Part shown: piece by piece, positions 1 to 10,216 of the stretch
Position numbering within the stretch: the stretch's first letter is position 1
Layout of the letters: each line of letters begins with the position of its first letter
Source: an uncultured Candidatus Saccharibacteria bacterium
Lineage (GTDB): Bacteria > Patescibacteriota > UBA1384 > CAYGGE01
DNA length: 64,000 nt
Direction of reading: 5' to 3'
NCBI GenBank assembly: GCA_964349485.1
Contig: CAYGGE010000002.1
Location: forward strand, 72,060-136,059
Program-made: the position numbers and the translations under genes
Notes under the pieces: generated by a model
What the model was told of the DNA's origin: nothing
What the model saw: the letters and a program-made list of their open reading frames with translations, nothing else
Database searches by the model: none

Positions 1-226
1 AGGCCTAATTCTTGGCCTCCTTGTCGGTGTAAGCGGAAGTTTGGTTGGTCTCATGTTCGCCTTTGTTGTTGGCGCAGTAGTTAGTCTATTACTTATCGCG
101 ACACGAGCCAAATCACTCAAAGACGCTGTACCGTTTGGTCCGTTTCTAATCTTTGGGACCCTGGTGTCTACTTTCTGGGGGACGGGTATTGTTAACTGGT
201 ACCTGAGTATCATCGGGCTTAGTTAA
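1..226 (+). CDS. Prepilin peptidase (A24 family), C-terminal fragment. The ORF is open to the window start, so the gene begins upstream.
   Basis: The frame stays open from nt 2. The hydrophobic C-terminus contains a PFGPFLIFG motif typical of PilD-type prepilin peptidases, and pilin genes follow immediately. Confidence 0.5.
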   Translation, partial: GLILGLLVGVSGSLVGLMFAFVVGAVVSLLLIATRAKSLKDAVPFGPFLIFGTLVSTFWGTGIVNWYLSIIGLS

Positions 227-274
227 AGGAGGACTATCACTAGACGGGCGTTTACCCTTATAGAGCTACTGGTT

Positions 275-775
275 GTGATCGGGATAATCGGGATTATAGC
301 CAGTTTTCTGCTTGCCAGCTTGACGACAGCTAGTGCGAAAAGCCGTGACAGGCGGCGGATCATTGATCTTAAATTGATCCAGTCCGCACTTGAGCTCTAT
401 GCTAAGGGTGAAGTTGATGTCAGCTATCCTTATCCAACTTCAATCTATTCAGATCTGACATTTCGAAAATATCTGACTAAAACACCGACGGATCCACTTG
501 GTGAGCCGTACATTTATCTCGCGCCAGCTTGTGTCAAACCGGCATCATCTCCATCAGAGTTGGCATTAGTAGCCCAGCCTAAGACCGGTAGTCCAAGGGA
601 GTTAATCGGTCGCGATGACTCCGTTGGTGACTATTGCCAGAGCGAATTTGGTTTTGTGCCATATGCTTTAGTAACTAATTTAGAACAGCCTTCAACTGGA
701 ACCGATAACCATCGTTCCATTATCACAACCGGTCCGACCCAGTTTATCACCTCAAACCGACCACCACTTTACTGA
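275..775 (+). CDS. Type IV pilin-like protein. The true start is probably upstream, near nt 236.
   Basis: The in-frame upstream codons encode R-R-T-I-T-R-R-A-F-T-L-I-E-L-L-V-V, a prepilin-type N-terminal methylation motif. The ORF caller's GTG at 275 lies inside the hydrophobic helix. AAAGGAGG is at 225-232. Confidence 0.6.
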   Translation: MIGIIGIIASFLLASLTTASAKSRDRRRIIDLKLIQSALELYAKGEVDVSYPYPTSIYSDLTFRKYLTKTPTDPLGEPYIYLAPACVKPASSPSELALVAQPKTGSPRELIGRDDSVGDYCQSEFGFVPYALVTNLEQPSTGTDNHRSIITTGPTQFITSNRPPLY

Positions 776-791
776 AAAGAAAGACGTAACT

Positions 792-1328
792 ATGTTCGTT
801 TCTTCACGACAGAGCGTAACCCGAGGCTTTACCCTAATCGAGCTCATGATAGTGGTGGCTATTATTGGGCTTTTGTTGTCCTTTTCACTGGCAGGCATTA
901 CCTCTTCGCGAGTCCGGAGCCGCGATACGAAACGTTTAAGCGACCTTCGGATCATCCAATCAGCCCTCGAGCAACACGCCCTTGTCTATCCGAACCAACC
1001 TTATCCTCCGTTGACCGCTGGCTATTGCGGAAACGGTGTCGGTATCTACAACAACCCATGTTTTGCTGATTTTATCGGGTCAACACCACTTGATCCTGAG
1101 GGCTTGGCATATACTTACGTCAGGCCGGCATGTTTATATCGAACCGATTCCGTTCCGGTAACCACGATCATGACGAATGTAGTCGATAGTGCCGCGTGCC
1201 AAGTAAAGTCGACCACCGCTGTCTTTAGTCCTTCCTATGGGTTACATGCCTTACTTGAACGTGACAACCAAGAGGCCAGCAACGACCGTTCCCCCGATGA
1301 TGCCAGAAGCTATGATCTCATGCCATGA
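792..1328 (+). CDS. Type IV pilin (prepilin-type N-terminal cleavage/methylation domain); a paralog of the previous gene.
   Basis: N-terminus is MFVSSRQSVTRG|FTLIELMIVVAIIGLL, the classic G-FTLIE class-III signal. Size is about 170 aa. Confidence 0.7.
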   Translation: MFVSSRQSVTRGFTLIELMIVVAIIGLLLSFSLAGITSSRVRSRDTKRLSDLRIIQSALEQHALVYPNQPYPPLTAGYCGNGVGIYNNPCFADFIGSTPLDPEGLAYTYVRPACLYRTDSVPVTTIMTNVVDSAACQVKSTTAVFSPSYGLHALLERDNQEASNDRSPDDARSYDLMP

Positions 1329-1909
1329 TAAGTGCTAACCCTTTTCGCCAGGCATTTACCCTTATCGAGCTACTTATTACGATGGGCATTATTGTACTGA
1401 TTCTCTCGGTTACTTTGCCTGCTTTTAGTCGCTTTCAGAAGGAACAGGATTTAGTCAGTGCGGCCGAGACACTTCGTGACGCACTTCTCGAGACCCAAAA
1501 CCTTGCCCTATCACCTCGATCCCAGAAACCCGATACCGGCGATCGATACCGATTAGTTCTTGTTCCCCAATCAGCCGATACTCCGGCTAGTTATCGGATA
1601 GAAGAGCAAGTCGCATTCGATGATCCAAACTGGCAACAAGTTCAACAGGTCCGATTATCGAGATCGATTCAGTATCATCACATTAGCTACTGCGGTGTCA
1701 GCCAGCCTCAGATCGTCTACGCTATTAGTCAGCAAGGTCGGATTATTGAGCCTGTCATGAGCCAGGCTGGAAAGGCGAGTATCGATATCGTCTTAACCAG
1801 CAGGAACCTTCCCCAGAGCGACCAACGGGTAGTAGAGATTCAACTTGAGACTGGCAGGATCGATATTAGAGTTCAAAACCCACCACTCGATCTGAGGTTG
1901 TGTTCATGA
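1325..1909 (+). CDS. Pseudopilin / minor pilin (GspH/FimT-like)
   Basis: N-terminal motif QAFTLIELLITMGIIVLILS. The ATGA start overlaps the upstream gene. Confidence 0.6.
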   Translation: MISANPFRQAFTLIELLITMGIIVLILSVTLPAFSRFQKEQDLVSAAETLRDALLETQNLALSPRSQKPDTGDRYRLVLVPQSADTPASYRIEEQVAFDDPNWQQVQQVRLSRSIQYHHISYCGVSQPQIVYAISQQGRIIEPVMSQAGKASIDIVLTSRNLPQSDQRVVEIQLETGRIDIRVQNPPLDLRLCS

Positions 1910-2649
1910 CTACCTACTCAACGAGCGCTAAACAACGTGACGGTTTCGGTCTCATCGAGGTCATGTTTGCTGGTGCTGTTTTTGTAGTAGTGGTCGGTGG
2001 CATGGTAACGCTCGGTCGCTTGGCGTTACGCAATGCCGCCCTAGCGACACAACGAACGCAAGCGATGAACCTTGCCCAAGAGGGGATTGAGACAGTTCGT
2101 CAAATGCGCGATACTGCCTGGATCGATGACCTAATTTATCAGGAAGATGGCAGTACAGTCAAAGATTGGCAGACCTATGTTCATGATTGCTACAATCAGT
2201 CGACCGACGCTGGGGACAAGTTAAAATTTAGGCCGATTGCTTTCAATACTCAATATGCAATTTGTTACGATACTCTTGGTAACCCACCACTTAATCGTTA
2301 CGGACTGATGCCAATAGCTGCCAACTGTCAGGATATCAGTGTTGGCAATAAAGCCGACAGTTGTATCAGATTACTCGACGATCTAAACCAACATGACCCT
2401 GGAAGCCCACCCTATTACCGACGGACGATTGAATTTAGAGCAGTTCCTGCCACCACTGCTTCGGGAGGTTCATTGGAATTTCCCGGGCTACAACTGTTGG
2501 AAAGTGATGCCGATAATCAATCGATTTTATCACTCGACGCTGAACCTTATCACTTTGTTAATGTCATTGTGACTATCGAGTGGACGGCCTTCGACCGACC
2601 ATGGTCCGTCAAGCTAGAAACAATGTTAACTAACTGGCGAGGTAAATGA
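1900..2649 (+). CDS. Minor pilin (PilW/PulJ-like)
   Basis: N-terminal motif DGFGLIEVMFAGAVFVVVVGG. Translationally coupled to its neighbours. Confidence 0.55.
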   Translation: MFMTTYSTSAKQRDGFGLIEVMFAGAVFVVVVGGMVTLGRLALRNAALATQRTQAMNLAQEGIETVRQMRDTAWIDDLIYQEDGSTVKDWQTYVHDCYNQSTDAGDKLKFRPIAFNTQYAICYDTLGNPPLNRYGLMPIAANCQDISVGNKADSCIRLLDDLNQHDPGSPPYYRRTIEFRAVPATTASGGSLEFPGLQLLESDADNQSILSLDAEPYHFVNVIVTIEWTAFDRPWSVKLETMLTNWRGK

Positions 2650-3500
2650 TGCCGCTCCTGACCAAACGCAGTAGAAGAGCCTTCAGCTTGCTCGAAATCT
2701 TGATCGCCACAGCGATTTTCACCATGATCTTAGTCGCCGCTGTTGGTATCTTTACGAGCACCACAGCTAGTACAAGTACTTCAGGTCAATTACGCCTCAA
2801 TATCCAGACGGGTCGATTCATATTTGAGTCGTTAGCACGTGAAGTTCGTCTATCACGTGGTCTGGTCATGGCCGATCAAGACGCAACGGCCAAGAATCGA
2901 TTCATTATCCCGCCATTTCATATCATTAAAGAAGGGACGAGAGTCGTGGGGATCGCAATCTTTCAGGTTGAGAAAACTAGCTTCACTTCGGCTGGCGACC
3001 CAGAATATTCAGTAACTTGCCGTGTTTACAGCACATATGATACTGATCGATTAGCAGTTTGGACATATCGTAGCAGTAGACCAATGACGGCAGATAATAT
3101 ACGACAGAACATACCTTTAGAACAGTGCCGCCCTGTTGAGCCACTATATGGACCTGTTGATACGCCAGTTGACGTATCCGGTTTTGGACCGGCAGAATAT
3201 TGGCAAAATGTTGTTGGACCAAGTGATCTATTGCCACAACGTACCAAGCTCGGTCAGTTTAAGATTGTCAATTGGCACGATTACAGTTCCGCGGATAATC
3301 CTTTACTACTCGGCTCTCCAGACGATCTAAAAGTTCAACCGTTTATTCAGCTTCAGCTTTCTGTTTTAACTATCAACAAACTAACGGTTGGTCAAACTGG
3401 AAAAGAAGCGCGGACGACCTTAAGAAGTAACATCGTTCCACGAGATTTTTCGTCCAAATATGAAGTGGCCCAAGTTGGGGTGAGAGGAGTGGGTCAATGA
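2646..3500 (+). CDS. Minor pilin / pseudopilin
   Basis: N-terminal motif RRAFSLLEILIATAIFTMILV. The start overlaps the upstream stop. Confidence 0.55.
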   Translation: MMPLLTKRSRRAFSLLEILIATAIFTMILVAAVGIFTSTTASTSTSGQLRLNIQTGRFIFESLAREVRLSRGLVMADQDATAKNRFIIPPFHIIKEGTRVVGIAIFQVEKTSFTSAGDPEYSVTCRVYSTYDTDRLAVWTYRSSRPMTADNIRQNIPLEQCRPVEPLYGPVDTPVDVSGFGPAEYWQNVVGPSDLLPQRTKLGQFKIVNWHDYSSADNPLLLGSPDDLKVQPFIQLQLSVLTINKLTVGQTGKEARTTLRSNIVPRDFSSKYEVAQVGVRGVGQ

Positions 3501-4435
3501 CCATCAGCCGACGATCCAGACAGGGTAGTGCTCTAGTGATTACGATTTTAATAATCACGATCATTACCACACTGTCATTTACAGCGACTGGTTTGGCATT
3601 GTCTGAATTTCGGAAAGTTGCTGTGTTGCAGGATAGTATCTCAGCTTACTATACTGCTGAAGCGGGAATCGAACACGGTCTCATGCAACAACGACTTTGG
3701 AAAAACGCTGAACTGTCAAAAGAGTATTATGCGGCCCTCCAGAGTCCTTCTGCTGATCCGCAGTCGGTTGGTGACCTTGATACACCACAGATGTACTTGC
3801 TTAGCGGCCTAAATAGATTTGTTCTGGGTAACGCGTTGCCTGCGGATAACCCACTTTGGTACGGTCTAAAGATGAGGTACAAAAATGATCATATTGGTTC
3901 ACTCACATCAAGCAAACAGCCTGTGATCGGACCCGCATCACCCCGACTATTCCGTGATAGCGCCATGCAGTTAGCTGTACCGAAGGGTGCTAGACGAGTT
4001 GCCATAGCCTGGGAACCAACCGGAGGTAATACCACTATTCGACCAGGCCTTGATTTTAGTTATTTCCTCGAGATCACTATAACCTACAAAAAAATAGGTA
4101 CTGAGGCATTGCAGGTGGACCATCAAATTATTAGTAGTAGCCAACTTTTAAGCACAGGCTCGCCTAACGATATTACTCTTCCTGATGGCACCGAATCGAT
4201 TCGAATTAAACCTTGGGACATGGACAGTGTACTGCTGAGTCTGGTTATGTATGACGCCAACAGTCAACCGTTACTATTCGACCGTCAGGTTACCACGATT
4301 AATGCTACGGGGACAGTCGGCCAAGCCAAGCGAACTATCGACGTCTCAATCAATCGTTCTAGTCAAAACTTACTAGAAGCTTCGGATTTCTTACTCCTGA
4401 CTGGAGATAGTCCAATCATCATTAATGGCGATTAA
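3497..4435 (+). CDS. PilX/GspK-like minor pilin
   Basis: N-terminal QGSALVITILIITIITTL followed by AEAGIE, resembling the PilX N-terminal domain. It is the last gene of the pilin operon. Confidence 0.5.
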   Translation: MTISRRSRQGSALVITILIITIITTLSFTATGLALSEFRKVAVLQDSISAYYTAEAGIEHGLMQQRLWKNAELSKEYYAALQSPSADPQSVGDLDTPQMYLLSGLNRFVLGNALPADNPLWYGLKMRYKNDHIGSLTSSKQPVIGPASPRLFRDSAMQLAVPKGARRVAIAWEPTGGNTTIRPGLDFSYFLEITITYKKIGTEALQVDHQIISSSQLLSTGSPNDITLPDGTESIRIKPWDMDSVLLSLVMYDANSQPLLFDRQVTTINATGTVGQAKRTIDVSINRSSQNLLEASDFLLLTGDSPIIINGD

Positions 4436-4522
4436 CTTAGTTCTCACCAACCTAGACGAACAGGTGAAAAGGACATATAATAAATCCATCGTTGCGATGA
4501 CGGATATTTTGCTTGATGTCAA

Positions 4523-4987
4523 TTGAGGAGTAGTGTGAGCGATATAACTAAACTAGTAATCAATACCGACGGTGGAGCGCGAAACAATCCAGGTCCGGCG
4601 GGCATCGGGGCAGTTATTAGTAACAAAGCTGGAGAGGTATTGGCTGAGGTCTCTGAGTTTATCGGCTCTACGACAAATAACCAAGCAGAATACCAAGCCC
4701 TGATCGCTGGCCTACAAGCCGCCATTCAATATCTGGATACGATTAGTCAACAAACGGTCGTAACCGAAGTAAGTATCTTTACCGATAGCGAATTAATGGC
4801 GTATCAGATCCAAGGAAAATATAAAGTGAAAAATAGCGAACTCCAGCCTCTTCATGAACATGCCCGCTCACTCCTCGGAAAGTTTGCTGGCTACACGATT
4901 ACTCCAATCCGTCGAGAAAAAAACCAGGTCGCCGATAAGCTCGTTAACCAAGCGATCGATGCAGCGCTAGCCCAGGTAGGTCACTAA
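4523..4987 (+). CDS. rnhA: Ribonuclease HI
   Basis: Motifs INTDGGARNNPGPAGIGAV, TNNQAEYQALIAGL and FTDSELM match RNase H. The start is likely the GTG at 4535, after GAGGAG. Confidence 0.75.
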   Translation: MRSSVSDITKLVINTDGGARNNPGPAGIGAVISNKAGEVLAEVSEFIGSTTNNQAEYQALIAGLQAAIQYLDTISQQTVVTEVSIFTDSELMAYQIQGKYKVKNSELQPLHEHARSLLGKFAGYTITPIRREKNQVADKLVNQAIDAALAQVGH

Positions 4988-7887
4988 TGTTTAAGCCATT
5001 TGATACTCAGAAAAGTTTGCCTCAAGTAGAAGAAGAGGTGCTTAAGCTATGGAAAGAGCAAGGCACATTTGAACAATCGGTTGCTATAAGAAATGGTAGT
5101 GAACAATTCGTATTTTACGAAGGTCCACCAACCGCCAACGGCAAGCCGGGCATTCATCACGTCATGGCCAGAACGTTTAAAGACGTCATTTGTCGTTTTC
5201 AAACCATGAAAGGTAAACAAGTCATCCGCAAAGCCGGTTGGGATACCCACGGTTTACCGGTTGAATTACAAGTAGAAAAAGCCCTCGGTCTCAAAAATAA
5301 GCAGGATATCGAAGCCTATGGCATCGCAGAGTTTAATGCCAAATGCCGAGAATCTGTCTGGCAGTACAAAGAAGAGTTTGAGATTGTCACTGACCGCATG
5401 GGTTATTGGGTAGATCTATCCGACCCATATATTACCTACAGTAAAGAATATATCGAAAGCGTTTGGTGGGGTGTTAAGCAAGTTTGGGGAAAAGACTATA
5501 TTTATCAGGCTCACAAGGTTGTTCCATACTGTACAAGGTGTGGTACATCACTTTCCTTGGCAGAGGTTGCTCAAGGATATAAGAACGTGGAAGAGAACTC
5601 TGTCTACGTAAAGTTCAGAATTACGGACGACAGTTTACAGCTGCACGGTAAACCAGCGTTCGTTTTAGCCTGGACGACCACACCTTGGACTTTGCCGGGC
5701 AATGTTGCTTTGGCCGTAGGGGAGAGGTTCAGCTATGTTGCAGTCGAACACAACAGTGAAATATTAATTCTGGCCAAGGAGCGTCTAGCCGATCTAGTGA
5801 AAAAGGGTGTGGTTAGCGACAATATCATTGCGACTTATACGGGAAGTGATCTAGCGAACATTGAGTACGAGCCCCTATTTACTGATGCCCTTGAGGCAAA
5901 CGACAAAGCCTTTAAAGTATATACCGCAGATTTTGTAACTACTGAAGATGGCACCGGAATTGTTCATACAGCAGTCATGTACGGTGAAGATGACTACATT
6001 TTGGGCACAAAGATTGGTTTACCGAAACAACATACTGTCGATGAGCAAGGTAACTTTGTCGCTTCGGTAGGTCAAGGATTGGCCGGCCGTTACGTAAGGG
6101 ATACCGTGACCGAACAGATCATCTTGAAGTATCTTGAAGAAAAAAACCGGGTACTGAGAGTCCTTAAGTATAAACACGATTATCCTTTCTGCTGGCGATG
6201 CGACACTGCACTTTTGTACTACGCCCGAAACTCTTGGTTTATTCGTATCGATGATAAGCTTCGAGAACGACTGGTTGAGTTGAATCAGGAGATTAAGTGG
6301 GTGCCAGAGCATGTCAAAGTCGGTCGCTTTGGCAACTGGCTTGAAAATCTTCGCGACTGGGCGATCAGCCGAGAACGCTACTGGGGTACCCCGATGCCGA
6401 TTTGGGTTTGCGTGACCGAAAATACTCATCGTGCATGTATTGGTAGTATCGAAGAACTGGAATCACTCGCTACCGATAATTCAAAGCAGATGATTCGTAA
6501 TCCTGGGTTTGACCTGCATAAACCCTATATCGACGATATCGAATTAACGTGTCCTGACTGCGGCAAGATCATGAAACGCGTTCCCGAGGTCCTCGATGTG
6601 TGGCTAGATTCAGGTTCCATGCCCTTTGCCCAGTGGCATTATCCAAACCAGAATCAAGATCTTTTCAGTAAGCAGTATCCAGCAAACTTTATTAGTGAAG
6701 GGATCGATCAAACTCGAGGCTGGTTCAATTCACTTCATATTCTTTCGACAATCATCTTCGATTCGGTTGCCTATAAGTCAGTTATCACTCAGAACTTGGT
6801 CAACGATGAACATGGCAAAAAGATGTCGAAATCTAAAGGCAACATCGTCGATCCACTCCTGGTCATGAACGAATTCGGGGCCGATGCATTACGATTTTAC
6901 TTTCTGTCGGTTAATCGACCAGGCGATAATAAAAACTTCTCGACCAAAGCAGTTCAGGACATCTATCGCAAAAATATTGCAATATGGTGGAACGTCGTTA
7001 GCTTCTTCCTGACATATGCAAGTGTCGATAATTGGGAACCGGGACAAACGGGTGAGAAAACGCTACTCGATCACTGGATTCGGGCAAGAGTGGGGGAGAC
7101 CGCGTCTAAGATCGATGTTGCCCTAACTGACCTCGATACCTTTACGGCAGCTCGAAGCTTAACTGAGCTAATCGATGATCTATCAACCTGGTACTTACGT
7201 CGAAGCCGAAAACGACGTGACACAGCTTTTTACTCTACGCTCTATGAAGTGCTACGTAACGTGTCAAGGATCGCGGCGCCCTTCATGCCATTTACAGCTG
7301 AGGCAACATATCAGAGCCTCAAAGCTGATGGCGATGAAGACTCAGTACATCTAACTCAATACCCTTTACATATCGATCAAGATAAATCGATCATCGCAGA
7401 TATGAATATGGTTCGTGACATTGTACGCTTGGGTCACACTGCGCGTGCTTCTTACGGAATAAAACTGCGACAGCCACTATCGCGTATATCGGTTAACCGA
7501 TCGTTGTCAGCCGAATTAGAGGAGATCGTTGCCGACGAGCTCAATGTCAAAGAAGTTGTACACGAGCCTTCGCAACAGGAGCTTACGGTCACGATTGATC
7601 CAACTCTCACCCCCGAGCTCAAGAAAGAAGGTTTAGTTCGTGAGTTGATTCGTGAGCTGCAGGATGCTCGGAAGAAAGCGGGTTGCAGGCCGGGCGAACA
7701 GGTTATCATAGAATACGAAACTGAAAGTTTGGTGATGATCGATGTTATCCGCGACCACCAAGAGCTACTAGAAACCGAAACGACCAGTAAGATGGCTCCA
7801 AAAGTTGGGAACGCTCCTTATACATACGAGACTAATGTTTCTATAAACGATGAACCCCTTTGGTTAGGGCTCAAATATGCTCACTAG
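4987..7887 (+). CDS. ileS: Isoleucyl-tRNA synthetase
   Basis: HIGH-type motif PPTANGKPGIHHV, KMSKSKGN, and an editing-domain region. Length 966 aa. The ATG overlaps the rnhA stop (ATGA). Confidence 0.9.
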   Translation: MFKPFDTQKSLPQVEEEVLKLWKEQGTFEQSVAIRNGSEQFVFYEGPPTANGKPGIHHVMARTFKDVICRFQTMKGKQVIRKAGWDTHGLPVELQVEKALGLKNKQDIEAYGIAEFNAKCRESVWQYKEEFEIVTDRMGYWVDLSDPYITYSKEYIESVWWGVKQVWGKDYIYQAHKVVPYCTRCGTSLSLAEVAQGYKNVEENSVYVKFRITDDSLQLHGKPAFVLAWTTTPWTLPGNVALAVGERFSYVAVEHNSEILILAKERLADLVKKGVVSDNIIATYTGSDLANIEYEPLFTDALEANDKAFKVYTADFVTTEDGTGIVHTAVMYGEDDYILGTKIGLPKQHTVDEQGNFVASVGQGLAGRYVRDTVTEQIILKYLEEKNRVLRVLKYKHDYPFCWRCDTALLYYARNSWFIRIDDKLRERLVELNQEIKWVPEHVKVGRFGNWLENLRDWAISRERYWGTPMPIWVCVTENTHRACIGSIEELESLATDNSKQMIRNPGFDLHKPYIDDIELTCPDCGKIMKRVPEVLDVWLDSGSMPFAQWHYPNQNQDLFSKQYPANFISEGIDQTRGWFNSLHILSTIIFDSVAYKSVITQNLVNDEHGKKMSKSKGNIVDPLLVMNEFGADALRFYFLSVNRPGDNKNFSTKAVQDIYRKNIAIWWNVVSFFLTYASVDNWEPGQTGEKTLLDHWIRARVGETASKIDVALTDLDTFTAARSLTELIDDLSTWYLRRSRKRRDTAFYSTLYEVLRNVSRIAAPFMPFTAEATYQSLKADGDEDSVHLTQYPLHIDQDKSIIADMNMVRDIVRLGHTARASYGIKLRQPLSRISVNRSLSAELEEIVADELNVKEVVHEPSQQELTVTIDPTLTPELKKEGLVRELIRELQDARKKAGCRPGEQVIIEYETESLVMIDVIRDHQELLETETTSKMAPKVGNAPYTYETNVSINDEPLWLGLKYAH

Positions 7888-8962
7888 ATTGCGTCGGTTA
7901 GACTGGATATTAACCGTTGTCGTCTTACTACTCACCCTTATCGGCGTTGTGGCTATCTACACCATTACCTTTCCAACGGTTGGCTTTGCTTTAGCTCGCA
8001 GTCAGCTAATTTTTGCAGGAATCGGTCTTGTTTTGGCGACTCTGTTCATGTCGATTGACTACCGGAGTTGGACATCGCTATCTGTCTTCTTGTATATACT
8101 GGGAGTTGTGTTGCTTGGAGCCGTGTTTATTGTTGGTTCTGAGCAGTTCGGGGCGGTTCGATGGCTCGATCTTGGCGTTTTTCAACTACAGCCATCGGAA
8201 GTCATGAAACTGTTCTTAATACTCATCATGGCCCGGTTGCTTTCTCGTTGGGGCGAAGCCATCACCTGGCAACGGATGAGTATCATGATTATCGTCACTA
8301 TCTTACCTTTCACAATGGTCTTTCTTCAGCCCGACTTGGGTACAGCGAGTGTTTTAGCGGTTATTAGTTTCGGTTTTCTGGCCTACGCTAAGCTACCAGC
8401 TCGGTGGTGGGCCGTTCTTCTCGGTGTAGCCATTGTCTGTCTACCAATTTTATACGTCAATCTCCAACCATATCAAAAAGATCGAATTGAGACCTTCGTA
8501 ACTCCTAGCCACGATGTTTTAGGTGAAGGCTACAATGTTCGTCAAGCAAAAATAGCGATAGGCTCAGGCGGATTACTCGGCCAAGGTCTGGGGCAGGGGA
8601 GTCAGAGCCAGCTGAACTTTTTGCCAGTTGCGCATACCGACTTCATCTTCGCTGGATTAGCTGAAGCAACCGGTCTCCTCGGTAGTACAATCCTACTCTT
8701 ACTCTATCTTGTCATGTTTGGTCGAATCTACCGATTGGCAGAACTCGCTAAAGATAGTTTGGGCATGTATCTGGCCATTGGTATCGTCGTAATGCTTTCC
8801 TTCCAGACGATAGTAAATATTGGCATGAATATTGGCTTACTACCGGTTACTGGCATCCCGTTACCTTTTGTCTCTTACGGAGGAACCGCCTTACTGCTCA
8901 ACTATATTTGCTTGGGGATTCTGCAAAGTATGTACGTAAGGCATAAGAAGATTACTTTTTAG
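7877..8962 (+). CDS. SEDS-family peptidoglycan glycosyltransferase (FtsW/RodA)
   Basis: Ten-TM profile with PDLGTASVL and GIPLPFVSYGGTALL signature motifs. Overlaps the ileS end by 11 nt. Confidence 0.8.
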   Translation: MLTRLRRLDWILTVVVLLLTLIGVVAIYTITFPTVGFALARSQLIFAGIGLVLATLFMSIDYRSWTSLSVFLYILGVVLLGAVFIVGSEQFGAVRWLDLGVFQLQPSEVMKLFLILIMARLLSRWGEAITWQRMSIMIIVTILPFTMVFLQPDLGTASVLAVISFGFLAYAKLPARWWAVLLGVAIVCLPILYVNLQPYQKDRIETFVTPSHDVLGEGYNVRQAKIAIGSGGLLGQGLGQGSQSQLNFLPVAHTDFIFAGLAEATGLLGSTILLLLYLVMFGRIYRLAELAKDSLGMYLAIGIVVMLSFQTIVNIGMNIGLLPVTGIPLPFVSYGGTALLLNYICLGILQSMYVRHKKITF

Positions 8963-8971
8963 ATATCAGTC

Positions 8972-9000
8972 TTGACCTTTTCCTAGACACAGTGTATGAT
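8972..9000 (+). promoter_or_regulatory. sigma70-like promoter TTGACC-17 nt-TATGAT upstream of rplU
   Basis: Near-consensus -35 (8972-8977) and -10 (8995-9000) with a 17-nt spacer, about 33 nt upstream of the rplU ATG. Confidence 0.45.
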
Positions 9001-9032
9001 AACAGAGAAATTAGCGAAAACTAGGAGTATTA

Positions 9033-9302
9033 ATGTCTGTTGCTGTCATTAGCCTGGGCGGTAAGCAATTTACCGTTACGCCCGGGAAGATTATTGGTGT
9101 TCCACACTTGGAGAAACCGGTTGGCGATACGTTGGAATTGTCTGATCTGCTTAATGGTGCTTTGGTTACGGCAACGGTCGTAGAGCAGTCGAAAGATGAC
9201 AAGATTCGAGTAGTTAAGTTCAAGAATAAGACTCGTTACACCCGAACAATCGGACATCGTAGCCTTGTCACAACCCTAAAAATTGAGAAAATCGGTGCCT
9301 AG
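9033..9302 (+). CDS. rplU: Ribosomal protein bL21
   Basis: MSVAVISLGGKQFTV...KFKNKTRYTRTIGHRSLVTTLKIEKI matches the L21 consensus. Confidence 0.8.
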   Translation: MSVAVISLGGKQFTVTPGKIIGVPHLEKPVGDTLELSDLLNGALVTATVVEQSKDDKIRVVKFKNKTRYTRTIGHRSLVTTLKIEKIGA

Positions 9303-9311
9303 CCCGATTAG

Positions 9312-9509
9312 ATGAAAGGGAGCATGAGCGTCTTTCTAGACTATATTAAAGGTTCAATTAGTGAATTGCGACAAGTCACCTGGCCAACGCGTCAAGCTGT
9401 GCTTCAGTATACAGCCATAATCGTTGTCTCAATTATTATCGCCATGCTAATAGTCTCGGTAATTGACTACGGTCTCAGCTATGTAGTAGACCGATTCCTA
9501 ATTAAATAA
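9312..9509 (+). CDS. secE: Preprotein translocase subunit SecE
   Basis: 65 aa. ELRQVTWPTRQ motif followed by a single TM segment. Canonical position before nusG. Confidence 0.75.
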   Translation: MKGSMSVFLDYIKGSISELRQVTWPTRQAVLQYTAIIVVSIIIAMLIVSVIDYGLSYVVDRFLIK

Positions 9510-9539
9510 TGAACTGGTAAGTTTATTCCCGGAGGCACT

Positions 9540-10193
9540 ATGTCGAAGCAATCCAATGTCAAAACTGATGAATTAGCTGATCACGAATCAGCCGCCGACA
9601 GCGGTCAACTTTTACATATGGTATCAAATGGTCAAGATCGACCGATGCTCAACCTCCAGAAGCAGGAAGGTCGTCGTGGCTGGTACGTGATTCATACTTA
9701 TGCTGGCTACGAGGATCAAGTAGCGGATAGTCTTCATCAACGTGCCGAATCATTCGCGATGCAAGATAAGATATTTAACATTATCGTGCCCAAAGAGAAA
9801 CAGATTGAAATTAAGAACGGTAAGCGCCGAACGGTTGAGAAACGCATCTTCCCGGGCTATGTCATGGTCGAGATGATCGTGACTGACGATTCCTGGTACG
9901 TGGTGCGTAATACGCCGAACGTGACTGGCTTCATCGGTCTGGGCGTACAACCAACTCCTATTGAACCAGAAGAGGTTGTACGGATCCAAAAAAGGATGGG
10001 TGTCGACGAGCCTAAGTATAAGATTGAGTTGAAGCCAGATGAACTGGTCAAGATCAACGACGGCCCACTTAAGGGCTTTGAAGGTAAGGTCACAGAAGTC
10101 GACGAAGATAAGGGTAAAGTTAAGGTCTCCGTCTCGATGTTTGGTCGTGAAACACCTGTCACCTTAGACTTTTTACAGGTTAAGAAGATATAA
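9540..10193 (+). CDS. nusG: Transcription antiterminator NusG, with an N-terminal extension of about 45 aa
   Basis: WYVIHTYAGYE (NGN domain), FPGYVMVEM, and C-terminal KOW region KINDGPLKGFEGKV. RBS GGAGG lies upstream. Confidence 0.85.
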   Translation: MSKQSNVKTDELADHESAADSGQLLHMVSNGQDRPMLNLQKQEGRRGWYVIHTYAGYEDQVADSLHQRAESFAMQDKIFNIIVPKEKQIEIKNGKRRTVEKRIFPGYVMVEMIVTDDSWYVVRNTPNVTGFIGLGVQPTPIEPEEVVRIQKRMGVDEPKYKIELKPDELVKINDGPLKGFEGKVTEVDEDKGKVKVSVSMFGRETPVTLDFLQVKKI

Positions 10194-10216
10194 ATACTAG
10201 ATTCTGAAAGGGACTT

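Noticed and set aside
2983-3570. Several 60-85-aa ORFs on both strands inside or overlapping the 2646-3500 pilin gene
   Set aside because: They overlap a better-supported, translationally coupled pilin ORF and have no SD or motif support.
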